From: Nannocystis bainbridge
GTDB taxonomy: Bacteria > Myxococcota_A > Polyangia > Nannocystales > Nannocystaceae
Assembly (NCBI RefSeq): GCF_028368995.1
Contig: NZ_JAQNDL010000003.1
Coordinates: 704,001 to 768,000, forward strand
Length of the DNA stretch: 64,000 bases
Direction: 5' to 3'
Shown: positions 42,413-52,532 of the stretch, piece by piece
How the letters are laid out: each line of letters starts with the position of its first letter
Position numbering within the stretch: the first letter of the stretch is position 1
The notes under the pieces: model-generated
Told to the model about the DNA's origin: nothing
Databases searched by the model: none
The model's input: only the letters and a program-made list of their open reading frames with translations
Program-made: the position numbers and the translations under genes

Positions 42413-43354
42413 CTATTCGTCGACGAACTCGACGAGTTGGAGGTCCGCCGAGACGCGCGGCCACTTCGTGCTCACGCTTCGAGCGCTGCCGCTCGAGACG
42501 AGGATGCGCTCGAGGTAGACCTCGATGTCGACGCGACCGAAGTCGAGGTTGGCGAAGTAGTCGTCGACCGGCACGATGAAGAGCTCGCCCCTGGCCCGAT
42601 CCACACGGAGCGCCGTGCTGTGATAGGAGTGGAACGCGTCGAAGAGGAGCGTGTCGGCGTCGAAGTTGCCGCACGTCTCCGTCCAATCGGTGAAGAAGAC
42701 AGTCTCGATGTCGGGGATGCAGATGACCCCGACGAGGAACGGCGCCCCGTCGGTGGGCCGCGGCGCCTCGTGGATCGCCGCCCAGAAGTCGCCGCCTTCG
42801 TCGGCCGCCTCGTGCCAGGCGAGCGGCACGCGGCTCTCGACGGCGAGCGGCACCGTCGGGTCGTGGATGCCGTCGGCGAAGCCGCCGCGCGACGAGTGGA
42901 ACGCGAGCGACAGGCCGTTCATCTGCTGATAGAAGCTCCGCAAGGCCGCCGGGAGGGCGAACCCCAGCTTGGCCTCGACGCGCGCGAGCTGCTCGTCCGT
43001 CGCGCCGGGCGGCGTCGCCAGACGAAGGATGCGGAGCCCGTTCTCTCGCGCGCCGGCGAGGCTCGCCTCGAGCCGCGCGCGGTAGTCGACGAGCGGCGGG
43101 CCGAGCAGCTCGCGCACGTCGGCCTCGGCGACGACCCGTGCCCCGCGAGCGCGGGCTCGCTCGGCCATGTCCGACGACGCTTCTCGCACGACGACGAGGG
43201 TCTCCGCGTCGACGGGGACGGCGTCCGTCAGCCAGCTCTCGCTGACGAACGCTCCACGGCTCTCGAACAGATAACCGAGCTCGCGGGACGTACCGACGCT
43301 CGTGAGGCCAGGCTGCAGGATGACGTTGACATGGCGGAGGGGCTGGATGGTCAT
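42413..43354 (-). CDS. SMI1/KNR4 (SUKH) family protein with a BRCT-like N-terminal domain
   Basis: 'GATDEQLARVEAKLGFALPAALRSFYQQMNGL' is the SMI1 signature. The N-terminal 'RELGYLFESRGAFVSES…LVVV…AERARARGARVVAE' resembles BRCT. Confidence 0.7.
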   Translation of the reverse strand: MTIQPLRHVNVILQPGLTSVGTSRELGYLFESRGAFVSESWLTDAVPVDAETLVVVREASSDMAERARARGARVVAEADVRELLGPPLVDYRARLEASLAGARENGLRILRLATPPGATDEQLARVEAKLGFALPAALRSFYQQMNGLSLAFHSSRGGFADGIHDPTVPLAVESRVPLAWHEAADEGGDFWAAIHEAPRPTDGAPFLVGVICIPDIETVFFTDWTETCGNFDADTLLFDAFHSYHSTALRVDRARGELFIVPVDDYFANLDFGRVDIEVYLERILVSSGSARSVSTKWPRVSADLQLVEFVDE

Positions 43355-43913
43355 GAGCGGTCTCGTTCTTCAGGTGGCCGGCGCGCGCCCGCCCCTCGTC
43401 GAGCGTGACGAGGGCTCGGCGGGCCTTCAGGTGACGCGCGGGCGCGCAACCATGACACCGGAGCGTGCGGGCGTGTAGAGGAGGGGTCGCAGGCGCGATT
43501 GGGATGAAAGACGAGGGCGGAGCGTCTTCGCATGCTCTCGCATCCATGCGATTCATCCTCGCGCGCATGCGAGGCTGAGATCGGCACGAGCGCCGCTGGT
43601 CTGCGCGACGCCGACGTCCGCGGTGCCGCAGGCGCGCCCCCGCACGCGATCAGGCTGGCGACGCGCTCCAGCGCGACCGGACCGAGCTCGCGGTCGTACG
43701 TCGCGCTGAGCCGTGCGGAGTCGAGGTCGAGCGGGACCCACCGCTGCGAAGTCCCTCGCGGACGCCATGAGACCCGCGCCTGATGAGCGGCACGAACCTG
43801 CCGGCGAGATGTGGAGGATCTGTGGAGGATCGTCGACATGCACGCGCGCGCGGCCTCCGGGTCGGCGATGACCCCACCGCTTCGTGATAGCGTCGGACCC
43901 GGAGGAGCAATTG

Positions 43914-45512
43914 ATGGCGCGACATCCCAACATCCTGCTTATCATGACCGACGAGGAGCGTTACCCGCCTTGCTACGAGAGCGACGCGCTGCGGGCATTC
44001 CGGCGTGAACAGCTCCCCGGCCAGGCGGCCCTGCGGGCCCGCGCCACCGAGTTCCACCGCCATTACGCGGCCTCCGTCGCCTGCGCGCCGAGCCGGGCCA
44101 GCCTGTTCACCGGCCATTACCCCACCCTCCACGGCGTCCGCGCCACCGACGGCGCCGCCAAGGCCGCCCGCGATCCCGACGTGTATTGGCTCGACCCGAA
44201 CACCGTCCCGACCATGGGTCATTACTTCCGCGCCGCCGGCTATCGCACCTACTACCGCGGCAAATGGCACGTCTCGCACGCCGACCTCGTCACCCCTGAC
44301 ACCCATGCATCGCTGGCGAGCAGCGACGACGGCGGCGTCCCGCTCGTCGAGACCACCGCCCTCTACGCCGCCAGCGAGCGGCTCGCCCCGCACGGCTTCT
44401 CCGGGTGGATCGGCCCCGACCCGCACGGCCCCGCGCAATCCAACTGCGGCCTCCTGCGCGACCCGCTGTTCGGCGACCAGATAGAGCAGACGTTCGACGC
44501 GCTCGAGGCCGGGGACGACGCCGCCCCGTGGCTCGCCGTGGCCTCCTTCGTCAACCCGCACGACATCGTCCTGTTCGGGCTGCTGTGGCGCTCGTGGGGC
44601 TACGACCTGTTCGACGACAGCGTGCCCGAGATCGACGCGCCGCCGACCCAGGACGAGTCGCTGCGGACCAAGCCGAGCTGTCAGGCCGACTTCATCGACA
44701 AGTACCGCAAGATCTTCATCGCCCAGCCGCAGACCGCGAATTATCGTCGGTTCTATTATTATTTGCACAAGCTCGTCGACGCCCAGGTAAACCGCGTGCT
44801 GCAGCGCCTGGCCGCCTCGCGCTTCGCCGATGACACCGTCATCGTCTACACCTCCGACCACGGCGACATGCTCGGCGCCCACGGCGGCATGCATCAGAAG
44901 TGGCACAACGTCTACGACGAGAGCTGGCGCGTCCCGCTGCTGGTCGCCGGGCCCGGCATCCCGGCCGGACGGCGCGTCGATCGCCCCACGTCGCACGTCG
45001 ACCTGCTGCCGACCCTGCTCGGCCTCGCCGGGCTCGACGCCGCCGCGCTGTCCGCCGACCTGGCGCGCACCCACAGCGAGGCGCTGCCGCTGCCCGGCCG
45101 CGACCTGTCGCCGCTGCTGCGCGGCGGCGCCGGCGAGGACGCGCCGATCTATCTCATGACCGAGGACGAAGTGTCCGAAGGCCTCGACCAGACCTCGACC
45201 GTCGGGCTCGCCTACGACGCCGTCGAGGAGCCGGCCAAGGTCGAAGCCGTGCTCACCCGCCTCGACCCCGACGGTCCGCTCTACAAGTACGCCCGCTACT
45301 ACGAGCAGTCACAGATCGGCGTAGACGGCCCGCCGCGGCGTCAGCGCGAGGAGTTCGAGCTCTACGACCTGGACGCCGATCCGACCGAGCTCGTCAACCT
45401 CGCGCACCGCAAACACGACGATCACCGCACCCGCGCGACGCAGGCGCGGCTGGCGGCGCTGCTCGACGAGGTCCGGGCGCAGAAGGCCCTGCACCCGCGC
45501 CGACGCGGCTAA
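43914..45512 (+). CDS. Formylglycine-dependent sulfatase (arylsulfatase/choline-sulfatase-like)
   Basis: GGAGG RBS, PNILLIMTD, CAPSRASLFTG (C-x-P-x-R), GKWH, NPHD, TSDHGDMLG and ELYDL..DP.E..NL. Confidence 0.92.
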   Translation: MARHPNILLIMTDEERYPPCYESDALRAFRREQLPGQAALRARATEFHRHYAASVACAPSRASLFTGHYPTLHGVRATDGAAKAARDPDVYWLDPNTVPTMGHYFRAAGYRTYYRGKWHVSHADLVTPDTHASLASSDDGGVPLVETTALYAASERLAPHGFSGWIGPDPHGPAQSNCGLLRDPLFGDQIEQTFDALEAGDDAAPWLAVASFVNPHDIVLFGLLWRSWGYDLFDDSVPEIDAPPTQDESLRTKPSCQADFIDKYRKIFIAQPQTANYRRFYYYLHKLVDAQVNRVLQRLAASRFADDTVIVYTSDHGDMLGAHGGMHQKWHNVYDESWRVPLLVAGPGIPAGRRVDRPTSHVDLLPTLLGLAGLDAAALSADLARTHSEALPLPGRDLSPLLRGGAGEDAPIYLMTEDEVSEGLDQTSTVGLAYDAVEEPAKVEAVLTRLDPDGPLYKYARYYEQSQIGVDGPPRRQREEFELYDLDADPTELVNLAHRKHDDHRTRATQARLAALLDEVRAQKALHPRRRG

Positions 45513-46030
45513 GTGAACCACGCGAGCCGTTTCACGCGGCCCTCGGGGGTCCGGGAGACGACTCGCGTCTTTCGTCCCGCGCGCGCCCCGAGCAGCCGCC
45601 TTGCCCGCGGGATGGCGAGCGCGCGGCGCTCCTGTTCTCGCGCCGGCTGCGGACCCGCGCGACCTGGCGGCCTGGCGCTCACCGTGCATGCACTGCGACG
45701 GCGAGTGCGGACAGTCGAGGGCGCTTCAATGTTGCGCGCGCGTCGACCCGCGCCATGGTGACGGGACAGCGCCTGTCGCCACGACCTCTTTCATGTTCGC
45801 CACCGGTACCGAGGATAGTTGCCCGACGGTCGGCGGCCGCAGGGTCGACGAGACGGCGAAGCGCGGCATTACGACCTCTGGCGGCGCGGCTTTGATCTCG
45901 TGGACAAGTGGGAGCTCCGTGCCGTTCGCGCTCGTGGGCGGCGTGGCAGGCGCGCGGTGGACCGGCGGTGCGTTCGACGGAGCCGTGCCGTGAGCCCCGT
46001 GCCGTCATCCTCCGCGATCGGAGCGTCGCC

Positions 46031-47572
46031 ATGACGATTCCGATCGCGGAGCGAATCCAGTGCGACGCGCTGCGGCGCAAGCTGGTGCCGGTCGAGGAGG
46101 CCGTCCAGCACGTGCGCAGCGGCGATGTCCTCGCCGTCAGCGGGTTCACCAAGGCGGGTGAGCCCAAGGCGTTCTTGCCGGCCCTCGCCCGCCACCTCGC
46201 CACCCTCCCCGACGCGCGCATCAGCGTCTACAGCGGAGCCTCGCTGTCGGAGGAGGTCGAGGGTCCTCTCGCGCCGTTCATCGCCCGCCGCGGGCCCTAC
46301 ATGGCGAGCGCCGCGTCACGCCGGTTGATCCACGCCGGCAAGATGCAGTACGCCGACGCGCACCTGTCTCACTTCGCCCGCGGCCTGATGTACGGGTTCT
46401 ACGGCGACATCGATCTGGCGGTCGTCGAGGTCTCGCGGATCCGTCCGGACGGCAGCGTCGTTCTCTCCTCGTCGGTCGGCATCTCGGCGGAGGCGCTGGC
46501 GCGCGCCCGGGCCGTCATCCTCGAGGTCAATACGACGATCCCCGACTTTACCGGCATGCACGACATCGTGCTGCCGCCGGCGCCGCCGACCATCGGCTGG
46601 CCCGTGCCCGTCACCGGCGTGCGCGACCGCGTCGGTCTCCCCTACGTCCTGCTCGATATGGCCAAGGTGATCGCCGTCATCGAATCGTGCCAGCCCGACT
46701 TCCCGGTAGCGTTTCGGGCTGGCGGAGCCGCCTGCGACGCGATCGCCGACCACGTCCTCGCCTTCCTCGGCGAGTGCCGCGATCGCTTCGGCTGGCATCA
46801 CTGGGTCCCGCCGCTGCAATCGGGGGTGGGCAACATCGCCAATGCGGTGATCGCCGGGCTTGCCCGCTCGCCGTTCCAGCGCCTGCACTTCTGGACCGAG
46901 GTGTTTCAGGAGGGCCTCCTCGGGGTGGTCGCCGACCGCGACCGGTTCGCGGGTGCCTCGGCGTCGGCGATCTCGCTAGCCGACACGGCGCCGGCGCGCG
47001 TCGAGGCGCTCATGCGGGCGGCCCGAGGTGACCTCGTCCTGCGGCCGATGTGGATGTCCAACAACCCGGAGCTCATCGCCCGACTTCACGTCGTCGCCAT
47101 GAACACGCCGATCGAGGTCGACATCTATGGCCACGCCAATTCGACGCGCGTCGACGGCTCGCGGGTCGTCAACGGGCTCGGCGGGAGCGGCGATTTCTTC
47201 CGCAACGCCTACCTCAGCGTCGCCCACACGCCCTCGGTGCGGACCCTCCGCGACGGTCGCACGATCTCGTGCGTGTTGCCGTACGTGAGCCACGTCGACC
47301 ACACTGAGCACGACATCAAGTGCATCGTCACCGAGCACGGCTACGCGACCACCTTCGGCATCCGCTCGCCGCGGGCCCGCGCCGGCGAGATCATCGACCG
47401 CTGCGCTCACCCGCACTTCCGCCCGCTCCTCCACGAGTACGTGGCGATGGCAGGCGAAGGCGACGAACCGCGGCTGCTGGCGACGGACCGGCTCGAAGGG
47501 TGGTGGCGTGATTATGACGCGGCCTGCACCGCGTTCCCACGCGGACCCGGGTGCGCATCGCAAGGTGCTTGA
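46031..47572 (+). CDS. Acetyl-CoA hydrolase/succinate CoA-transferase
   Basis: SGFTKAGEPK, DAHLSH, PLQSGVGNIANAV, EVDIYGHANST, NGLGGSGDF.RNA and SHVDHTEHD. Confidence 0.92.
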   Translation: MTIPIAERIQCDALRRKLVPVEEAVQHVRSGDVLAVSGFTKAGEPKAFLPALARHLATLPDARISVYSGASLSEEVEGPLAPFIARRGPYMASAASRRLIHAGKMQYADAHLSHFARGLMYGFYGDIDLAVVEVSRIRPDGSVVLSSSVGISAEALARARAVILEVNTTIPDFTGMHDIVLPPAPPTIGWPVPVTGVRDRVGLPYVLLDMAKVIAVIESCQPDFPVAFRAGGAACDAIADHVLAFLGECRDRFGWHHWVPPLQSGVGNIANAVIAGLARSPFQRLHFWTEVFQEGLLGVVADRDRFAGASASAISLADTAPARVEALMRAARGDLVLRPMWMSNNPELIARLHVVAMNTPIEVDIYGHANSTRVDGSRVVNGLGGSGDFFRNAYLSVAHTPSVRTLRDGRTISCVLPYVSHVDHTEHDIKCIVTEHGYATTFGIRSPRARAGEIIDRCAHPHFRPLLHEYVAMAGEGDEPRLLATDRLEGWWRDYDAACTAFPRGPGCASQGA

Positions 47573-47858
47573 CCGGCCCCGGCTTGGCTCGGCATCACCC
47601 GGCACGCGCCGCGGCGCCGATCGAGCTCGTGTTGGAGTGGCAGAGACGGCGCGGCCTGCGGCTGTTCTCGTCAGCGCACGCATCGCCGTCCGTCTGTATG
47701 ACAACCGCCAGCCGCCGCCGCGCATCCGTGACGCTCGAGGCAGGCCCCATACCTCCGTCGTTCGCACGTTCGCTTGACCGGATTGTACGTATAAGCTCTA
47801 GCTTCCGCGCCGACCCATGGAGCGCCAGGCGCGAATCGTCGGGTCGTGAACGAAGCCG

Positions 47859-48035
47859 ATGTCGCTGCTGTCTGCGCCGCTCACCGTCGCCCTGCTGGTC
47901 GCACCGACGCCCTCGTCTGCGAGTTGTCGGGGCCCGCTCGGTCGCGCGGCGGTGGTCGCCTGTGCGCTCGCCCAGCACCCGAGCAAGGCGCTCGAGCTGG
48001 CGCGCGTGGTCGGGCTGCTGCGGGAGAGTGTTTGA
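47859..48035 (+). pseudogene. Collapsed TolC/CzcC outer-membrane factor (internal deletion remnant, 58 aa)
   Basis: ORF missing from the track: MSLLSAPLTVALLVAPTPSSASCRGPLGRAAVVACALAQHPS|KALELARVVGLLRESV*. It has a signal peptide, an OMF-like first helix and an OMF-like last helix, and ends 2 bp before czcB. Confidence 0.55.
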
Positions 48036-48037
48036 GC

Positions 48038-49183
48038 ATGCGGAGGTCGTCGCTGTTGGCGCTGTCGCTCGTCGGCTGTGGCGCGCGGCCGGTCGAGAGC
48101 GGCGGGCACGACGGAGCCAAGCCCCACGAGCTGCCGCGCCGCGTCGAGCTGTCGAAGCAGGTGATCGTGGAGGCGAACATCCAGACCGAGCCCGTGCAGC
48201 GCCGGGTGGTGGCGCCGGTGCTGCTCTCGGTGGGGAGAGTCGAGGCCGATCCGGGACGCACGGCGCAGGTGCCCGTCAAGGTCGGCGGGATCGTCGAACA
48301 GGTGCTGTTCCGCGAGGGCGACCTGGTGAAGCAGGGCCAGGTGATGGCGACGGTGCGCGCGCCGGCCCTCGGGAGCCTGCGTGCCGACCTGGCGTCGCTG
48401 CGGGCGCGGACGACCTCCGCGCGCTCGAACCTGCGACGGCTGCAGGCGCTGGCCCAGCGCAACATGACGTCGCTGCAGGAGCTGGCGGCCGCGCGCGCCG
48501 AGGCCACCGCCCTCGAGGCCGAGGCGGCGGCGGCGAAGGAGCGGCTGCAGGCGCTCGGGCTGAGGGCGAAGGGCGACCCGGTGGTGTTCCAGCTGCGCGC
48601 GCCGATCTCTGGCCACGTCCTGCAGCGCAACGTGGTGACCGGTCAGCCTGTGACGCCGGAGCAGACGCTGGCGACGATCGCCGACCTCGACCACGCATGG
48701 TTCATCGCCCGCCTGTTCGAGCACTTGCTGGCGAAGGTCCGCGTTGGCGCGGCGGTCGAGGTCGAGCTCAACGCGTATCCCGACCACCCCCTTCACGGGA
48801 CGCTCGATTATATCGCGCCCAGGGTCGACGCCGAGGCGCAGACGGTGGTCGCACGCGTCCCGCTCGACAACCGTGAGGACCTCCTGCGCATCGGCCTGTT
48901 CGGCAAGGCGAGGATCGTCGTGACGGACCACGGAGCCTCGCCCGAGCCTCGCCTCGCGGTCCCGCGCGACGCGATCGTCGACGTCGCCGGCATGACGATG
49001 GTGTTCGTGCGCGCCGAGGACGGAGCGTTCGAGCCGCATGAAGTGGTTCTCGGGACGGCGGGCGAGGGGGTCGTGGAGATCCTGCGAGGCCTACGCGAGG
49101 GCGAGTCGGCGGTGACGCACGGGGCGTGGACACTCAAGAGCGTGCTGCTCAAGAGCACCTTCGGTGAGGAGCCCGGGCACTAG
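48038..49183 (+). CDS. czcB: Heavy-metal RND efflux periplasmic adaptor (CzcB/CusB family), lipoprotein
   Basis: Lipobox LVGC, 'GGIVEQVLFREGDLVKQGQ', 'LRAPISG.V..RNV..GQ', 'AVPRDAI' and 'GLREGE'. Confidence 0.88.
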   Translation: MRRSSLLALSLVGCGARPVESGGHDGAKPHELPRRVELSKQVIVEANIQTEPVQRRVVAPVLLSVGRVEADPGRTAQVPVKVGGIVEQVLFREGDLVKQGQVMATVRAPALGSLRADLASLRARTTSARSNLRRLQALAQRNMTSLQELAAARAEATALEAEAAAAKERLQALGLRAKGDPVVFQLRAPISGHVLQRNVVTGQPVTPEQTLATIADLDHAWFIARLFEHLLAKVRVGAAVEVELNAYPDHPLHGTLDYIAPRVDAEAQTVVARVPLDNREDLLRIGLFGKARIVVTDHGASPEPRLAVPRDAIVDVAGMTMVFVRAEDGAFEPHEVVLGTAGEGVVEILRGLREGESAVTHGAWTLKSVLLKSTFGEEPGH

Positions 49184-49185
49184 GC

Positions 49186-52100
49186 ATGCATGCGCTGACC
49201 GCGATCGTCGGATGGTCGCTGCGCAACCGGGCGCTGGTGCTGGCGGCAACGCTGCTGTTCGTCGCCGCCGGCGCACGAGCGGCGTTGCAGCTGCCGATCG
49301 ACGCGGTGCCTGATGCCACCAACATCCAGGTGCAGGTGATCACCACCGCGCCGGCGTTGTCGCCGGTCGAGGTCGAGCAGTATATCAGCGTTCCAGTCGA
49401 GCGGGCGATGTCCGGCTTGCCGCGGGTGACGCAGATCCGCTCGCTCTCGAAGTACGGGCTCAGCGTGGTGACGGTGGTGTTCGACGACGAGATCGACATC
49501 TACTTCGCGCGCCAGCTGGTCAACGAGCGCATGCGTGAGGCGAGCGACGCGGTGCCCGCGGCCTACGGACGGCCGGAGATGGGGCCCATCTCGACCGGGC
49601 TGGGCGAGATTTACCAGTTCACGCTGCGCAGCGAGACGCATTCGTTGATGGAGCTGGAGGAGCTGCTGCACTGGTACATCGGGCCCCAGCTGCGGACGGT
49701 GCCGGGCGTGGTCGAGCTCAACAGCTTCGGCGGCGAGAACCGAGAGTACCAGGTGGTGCTGCACCCGGAGCGGCTACAGGCGATGCGCCTGTCGATCGAT
49801 CAGGTCGCCGAGGCGCTCGGGCGCTCCAACGCGAACGCCGGCGGCGGGTACGTCGAGCGCAATGGCGAGCAGGTGGTGATCGGCTCGAACGGCCTGGTCC
49901 GCCGCCGCGAAGACCTCGAGCGCGTGGTTCTCGGTTCGACACCACAAGGGACGCCCATCACGGTGAGCGAGGTCGGCGAGGTCCGCTTCGGGCCCAAGCT
50001 TCGGCGCGGTGCGGCCACCCAGGACGGCGAGGGCGAGGTCGTGGTCGCTGTGACGCTGATGCTGATGGGCGAGAACTCGCGCACCGTCACGCGGGGCATC
50101 AAAGAGAAGCTGGCCGCGTTGGCGCCGTCCCTGCCCGAGGGCATGCGCATCGAGCCGTTCTACGACCGCACTCGGCTGGTAGAACGCACGATCCACACCG
50201 TCGCCACCAATCTCGCCGAAGGCGCCGCGCTGGTGCTGCTCCTGTTGTTCCTCGTGCTTGGCGATCTACGGGCGGGCCTGGTGGTGGCGACGACGATCCC
50301 GCTGGCGATGTTGTTCGCCGTCATCGTGATGAACTCGGCGGGGCTGTCGGGCAACTTGATGAGTCTCGGCGCGATCGACTTCGGCCTCATCGTCGACGGC
50401 GCAGTGATCGTGGTCGAGAACGCGGCCCGCAGGCTCGGCGAGGCGAGCCGCCGCGCCGGGGCGCACCTGTCCGAGGAGCAGAGGATCGCGGTGATCCAGG
50501 AGTCGACGGTCGAGGTACGCGGAGCCGCGGTGTTCGGCGAGATGATCATCGCCATCGTCTACCTGCCGATCCTCGCCCTCACCGGCATGGAGGGGAAGCT
50601 GTTCCACCCGATGGCGTACACGGTGCTGCTGGCGCTGGCAGGCGCGTTTATCTTCTCGCTGACGCTGGTGCCGGTTCTGACGAGCTACCTCGTGAGACCG
50701 CCGCCCGACGCGCGCGAGACGCTCCTGCTCCGCGCGGTTCACCGGGTGTACACGCCGATGCTGCACGCGGTGTTGCGGCGGCGCCGGCTGACCATCACCG
50801 TGGGGGTGCTGGTGTTGGTAGCCGGGGCGGCGCTGTTTGGCCGCCTGGGCGCGCAGTTCGTGCCGCAGCTCGACGAGGGCGACCTGCTGCTCGAGGCGCG
50901 GCGACTGCCTGGGACGGCGCTGTCGACGTCGGTGACGACGAATGGCCGGATCGAGCGCGCGCTGCGGGAGATCCCGGAGATCGTCCACGTGGTCTCTCGG
51001 ACAGGCTCGCCGCAGATCGCCACCGATCCGATGGGAGTCGAGTCGTCCGACGTGTACGTGCAGCTCAAGGAGCGCGACGCCTGGCGGCCGGGACTGACGA
51101 AGGACGATATTGCCGCCCAGATGTCGGCGCTGGTCGAGATGGCGGTGCCGGAGGTCTCGGGGGCGATCACGCAGCCGATCCAGATGCGCACCAATGAATT
51201 GGTGGCAGGCATCCGGTCGGATGCAGGGGTCGTGATCTATGGGCCCGACCTCGCCGCGCTGCGAACGCTGGGCGAGTCGGTGCTGGATAGAGTGAAGGGG
51301 GTGACAGGGGTCGTAGACGCCCGAGTCGAGCAACTGCAGGGGTTGCAGTACCTGCGCATCGACCCCGACCGCAACAGGCTCGCTCGCTACGGGCTGACAA
51401 TCGCCGACATCAGCCTCGCCACGGAGGCGATCGCGGTCGGGCACAAGGTCGGCGAGGTGCTGGAGGGCGAGCGCAGGTTCGACATCATGGTGAAGTTCGA
51501 GTGTCCCATCACCGGCGACCTCGATACTCTGTCGGCGCTCCCGTTGCGCGGGAACCAGGGACAGCTCGTGCCGCTCGGAGACGTGGCGAGCCTGCAGCAC
51601 CTGACGGGGCCGGTGCTGGTCAATCGCGACCAACAGTCGCGACGGGTGATCGTCGAGTTCAACGTCCGCGGGCGCGACCTGGTGTCGACGGTGGAAGCGG
51701 TACAGGCGGCGCTCGCAGGCGGACTCACGCTGCCGGTCGGCTACCGCCTCGGGTACGGCGGGTCGTTCGAACAGTATATCGCCGCCCGCAATCGCCTGGC
51801 GATGGTGGTACCGCTGGCATTGGCGCTGATCCTGTTCATGTTATGGACCGCGCTGAGGTCGATCCGCTCGGCCGCGATTATCTTCCTCGGGGTGCCGTTC
51901 GCGGTGGTCGGCGGGGTGATCGCCCTGTGGTTGCGCGATCTGCCGTTCTCGATCTCCGCCGGGGTCGGCTTCATCGCCCTGTTCGGCGTCGCCGTCCTCA
52001 ACGGCCTCGTGCTGGTGACCTTCGCCCAGCGTCTGCAGGCTGACGGCGCCAACCGGGTCGCGGCGATCGCCCAGGCCGCGGAACTGCGGCTGCGCCCGGT

Positions 52101-52308
52101 TCTGACGACGGCGCTGGTGGCGGCGCTGGGATTCGTGCCGATGGCACTTTCGACCGCGCCGGGCAGCGAGGTCCAGCGGCCGCTGGCGACGGTCGTGATC
52201 GGCGGCCTGGTGTCGGCGATGCTGCTGACGCTGCTGGTCTTGCCGGCGGTGTACGCCCGCTTCGGGCCGAGCGCCAGCGCCGGCATCAACGCGCGCGCGC
52301 CTTCGTGA
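49186..52308 (+). CDS. czcA: Heavy-metal RND efflux permease (CzcA/CusA family)
   Basis: LPIDAVPD.TN.QVQV, SKYGLS, NLMSLGAIDFGLIVDGAV..VEN, GFIALFGVAVLNG and RLRPVL.TALVA.LGF.PM…EVQRPLATVVIGG. Confidence 0.95.
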   Translation: MHALTAIVGWSLRNRALVLAATLLFVAAGARAALQLPIDAVPDATNIQVQVITTAPALSPVEVEQYISVPVERAMSGLPRVTQIRSLSKYGLSVVTVVFDDEIDIYFARQLVNERMREASDAVPAAYGRPEMGPISTGLGEIYQFTLRSETHSLMELEELLHWYIGPQLRTVPGVVELNSFGGENREYQVVLHPERLQAMRLSIDQVAEALGRSNANAGGGYVERNGEQVVIGSNGLVRRREDLERVVLGSTPQGTPITVSEVGEVRFGPKLRRGAATQDGEGEVVVAVTLMLMGENSRTVTRGIKEKLAALAPSLPEGMRIEPFYDRTRLVERTIHTVATNLAEGAALVLLLLFLVLGDLRAGLVVATTIPLAMLFAVIVMNSAGLSGNLMSLGAIDFGLIVDGAVIVVENAARRLGEASRRAGAHLSEEQRIAVIQESTVEVRGAAVFGEMIIAIVYLPILALTGMEGKLFHPMAYTVLLALAGAFIFSLTLVPVLTSYLVRPPPDARETLLLRAVHRVYTPMLHAVLRRRRLTITVGVLVLVAGAALFGRLGAQFVPQLDEGDLLLEARRLPGTALSTSVTTNGRIERALREIPEIVHVVSRTGSPQIATDPMGVESSDVYVQLKERDAWRPGLTKDDIAAQMSALVEMAVPEVSGAITQPIQMRTNELVAGIRSDAGVVIYGPDLAALRTLGESVLDRVKGVTGVVDARVEQLQGLQYLRIDPDRNRLARYGLTIADISLATEAIAVGHKVGEVLEGERRFDIMVKFECPITGDLDTLSALPLRGNQGQLVPLGDVASLQHLTGPVLVNRDQQSRRVIVEFNVRGRDLVSTVEAVQAALAGGLTLPVGYRLGYGGSFEQYIAARNRLAMVVPLALALILFMLWTALRSIRSAAIIFLGVPFAVVGGVIALWLRDLPFSISAGVGFIALFGVAVLNGLVLVTFAQRLQADGANRVAAIAQAAELRLRPVLTTALVAALGFVPMALSTAPGSEVQRPLATVVIGGLVSAMLLTLLVLPAVYARFGPSASAGINARAPS

Positions 52309-52532
52309 ATGTCGTACGAGCGAGCTCCAGCGTCGCCGTCTCAGCCGGCCGGCAGGAGGCTCCGCCTCACGCGCTCCCAGCCGAAGCCCGAGATGACTGA
52401 AAACAACCCCGGACAGACTGCGCACAGCTCGCCGCTGCCACGGGGGAGGAGGGCGTGTCATCGGCCATGCAGGGCCAGGCAGACGGCTCTGGCGCTCGCG
52501 CGCCAGCCTCCGACAGGCGACCGAGCGTCCGC

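Noticed and set aside
43360-43880. ORF 43351-43839 (minus strand) as a gene or toxin remnant next to the SMI1 gene
   Set aside because: Only a short central stretch (WVPLDLDSARLSATYDRELG) looks protein-like, and no family could be assigned.
47774-47795. TTGACC…TATAAG as a sigma-70 promoter for the czc genes
   Set aside because: The spacing between hexamers is only 10 bp.
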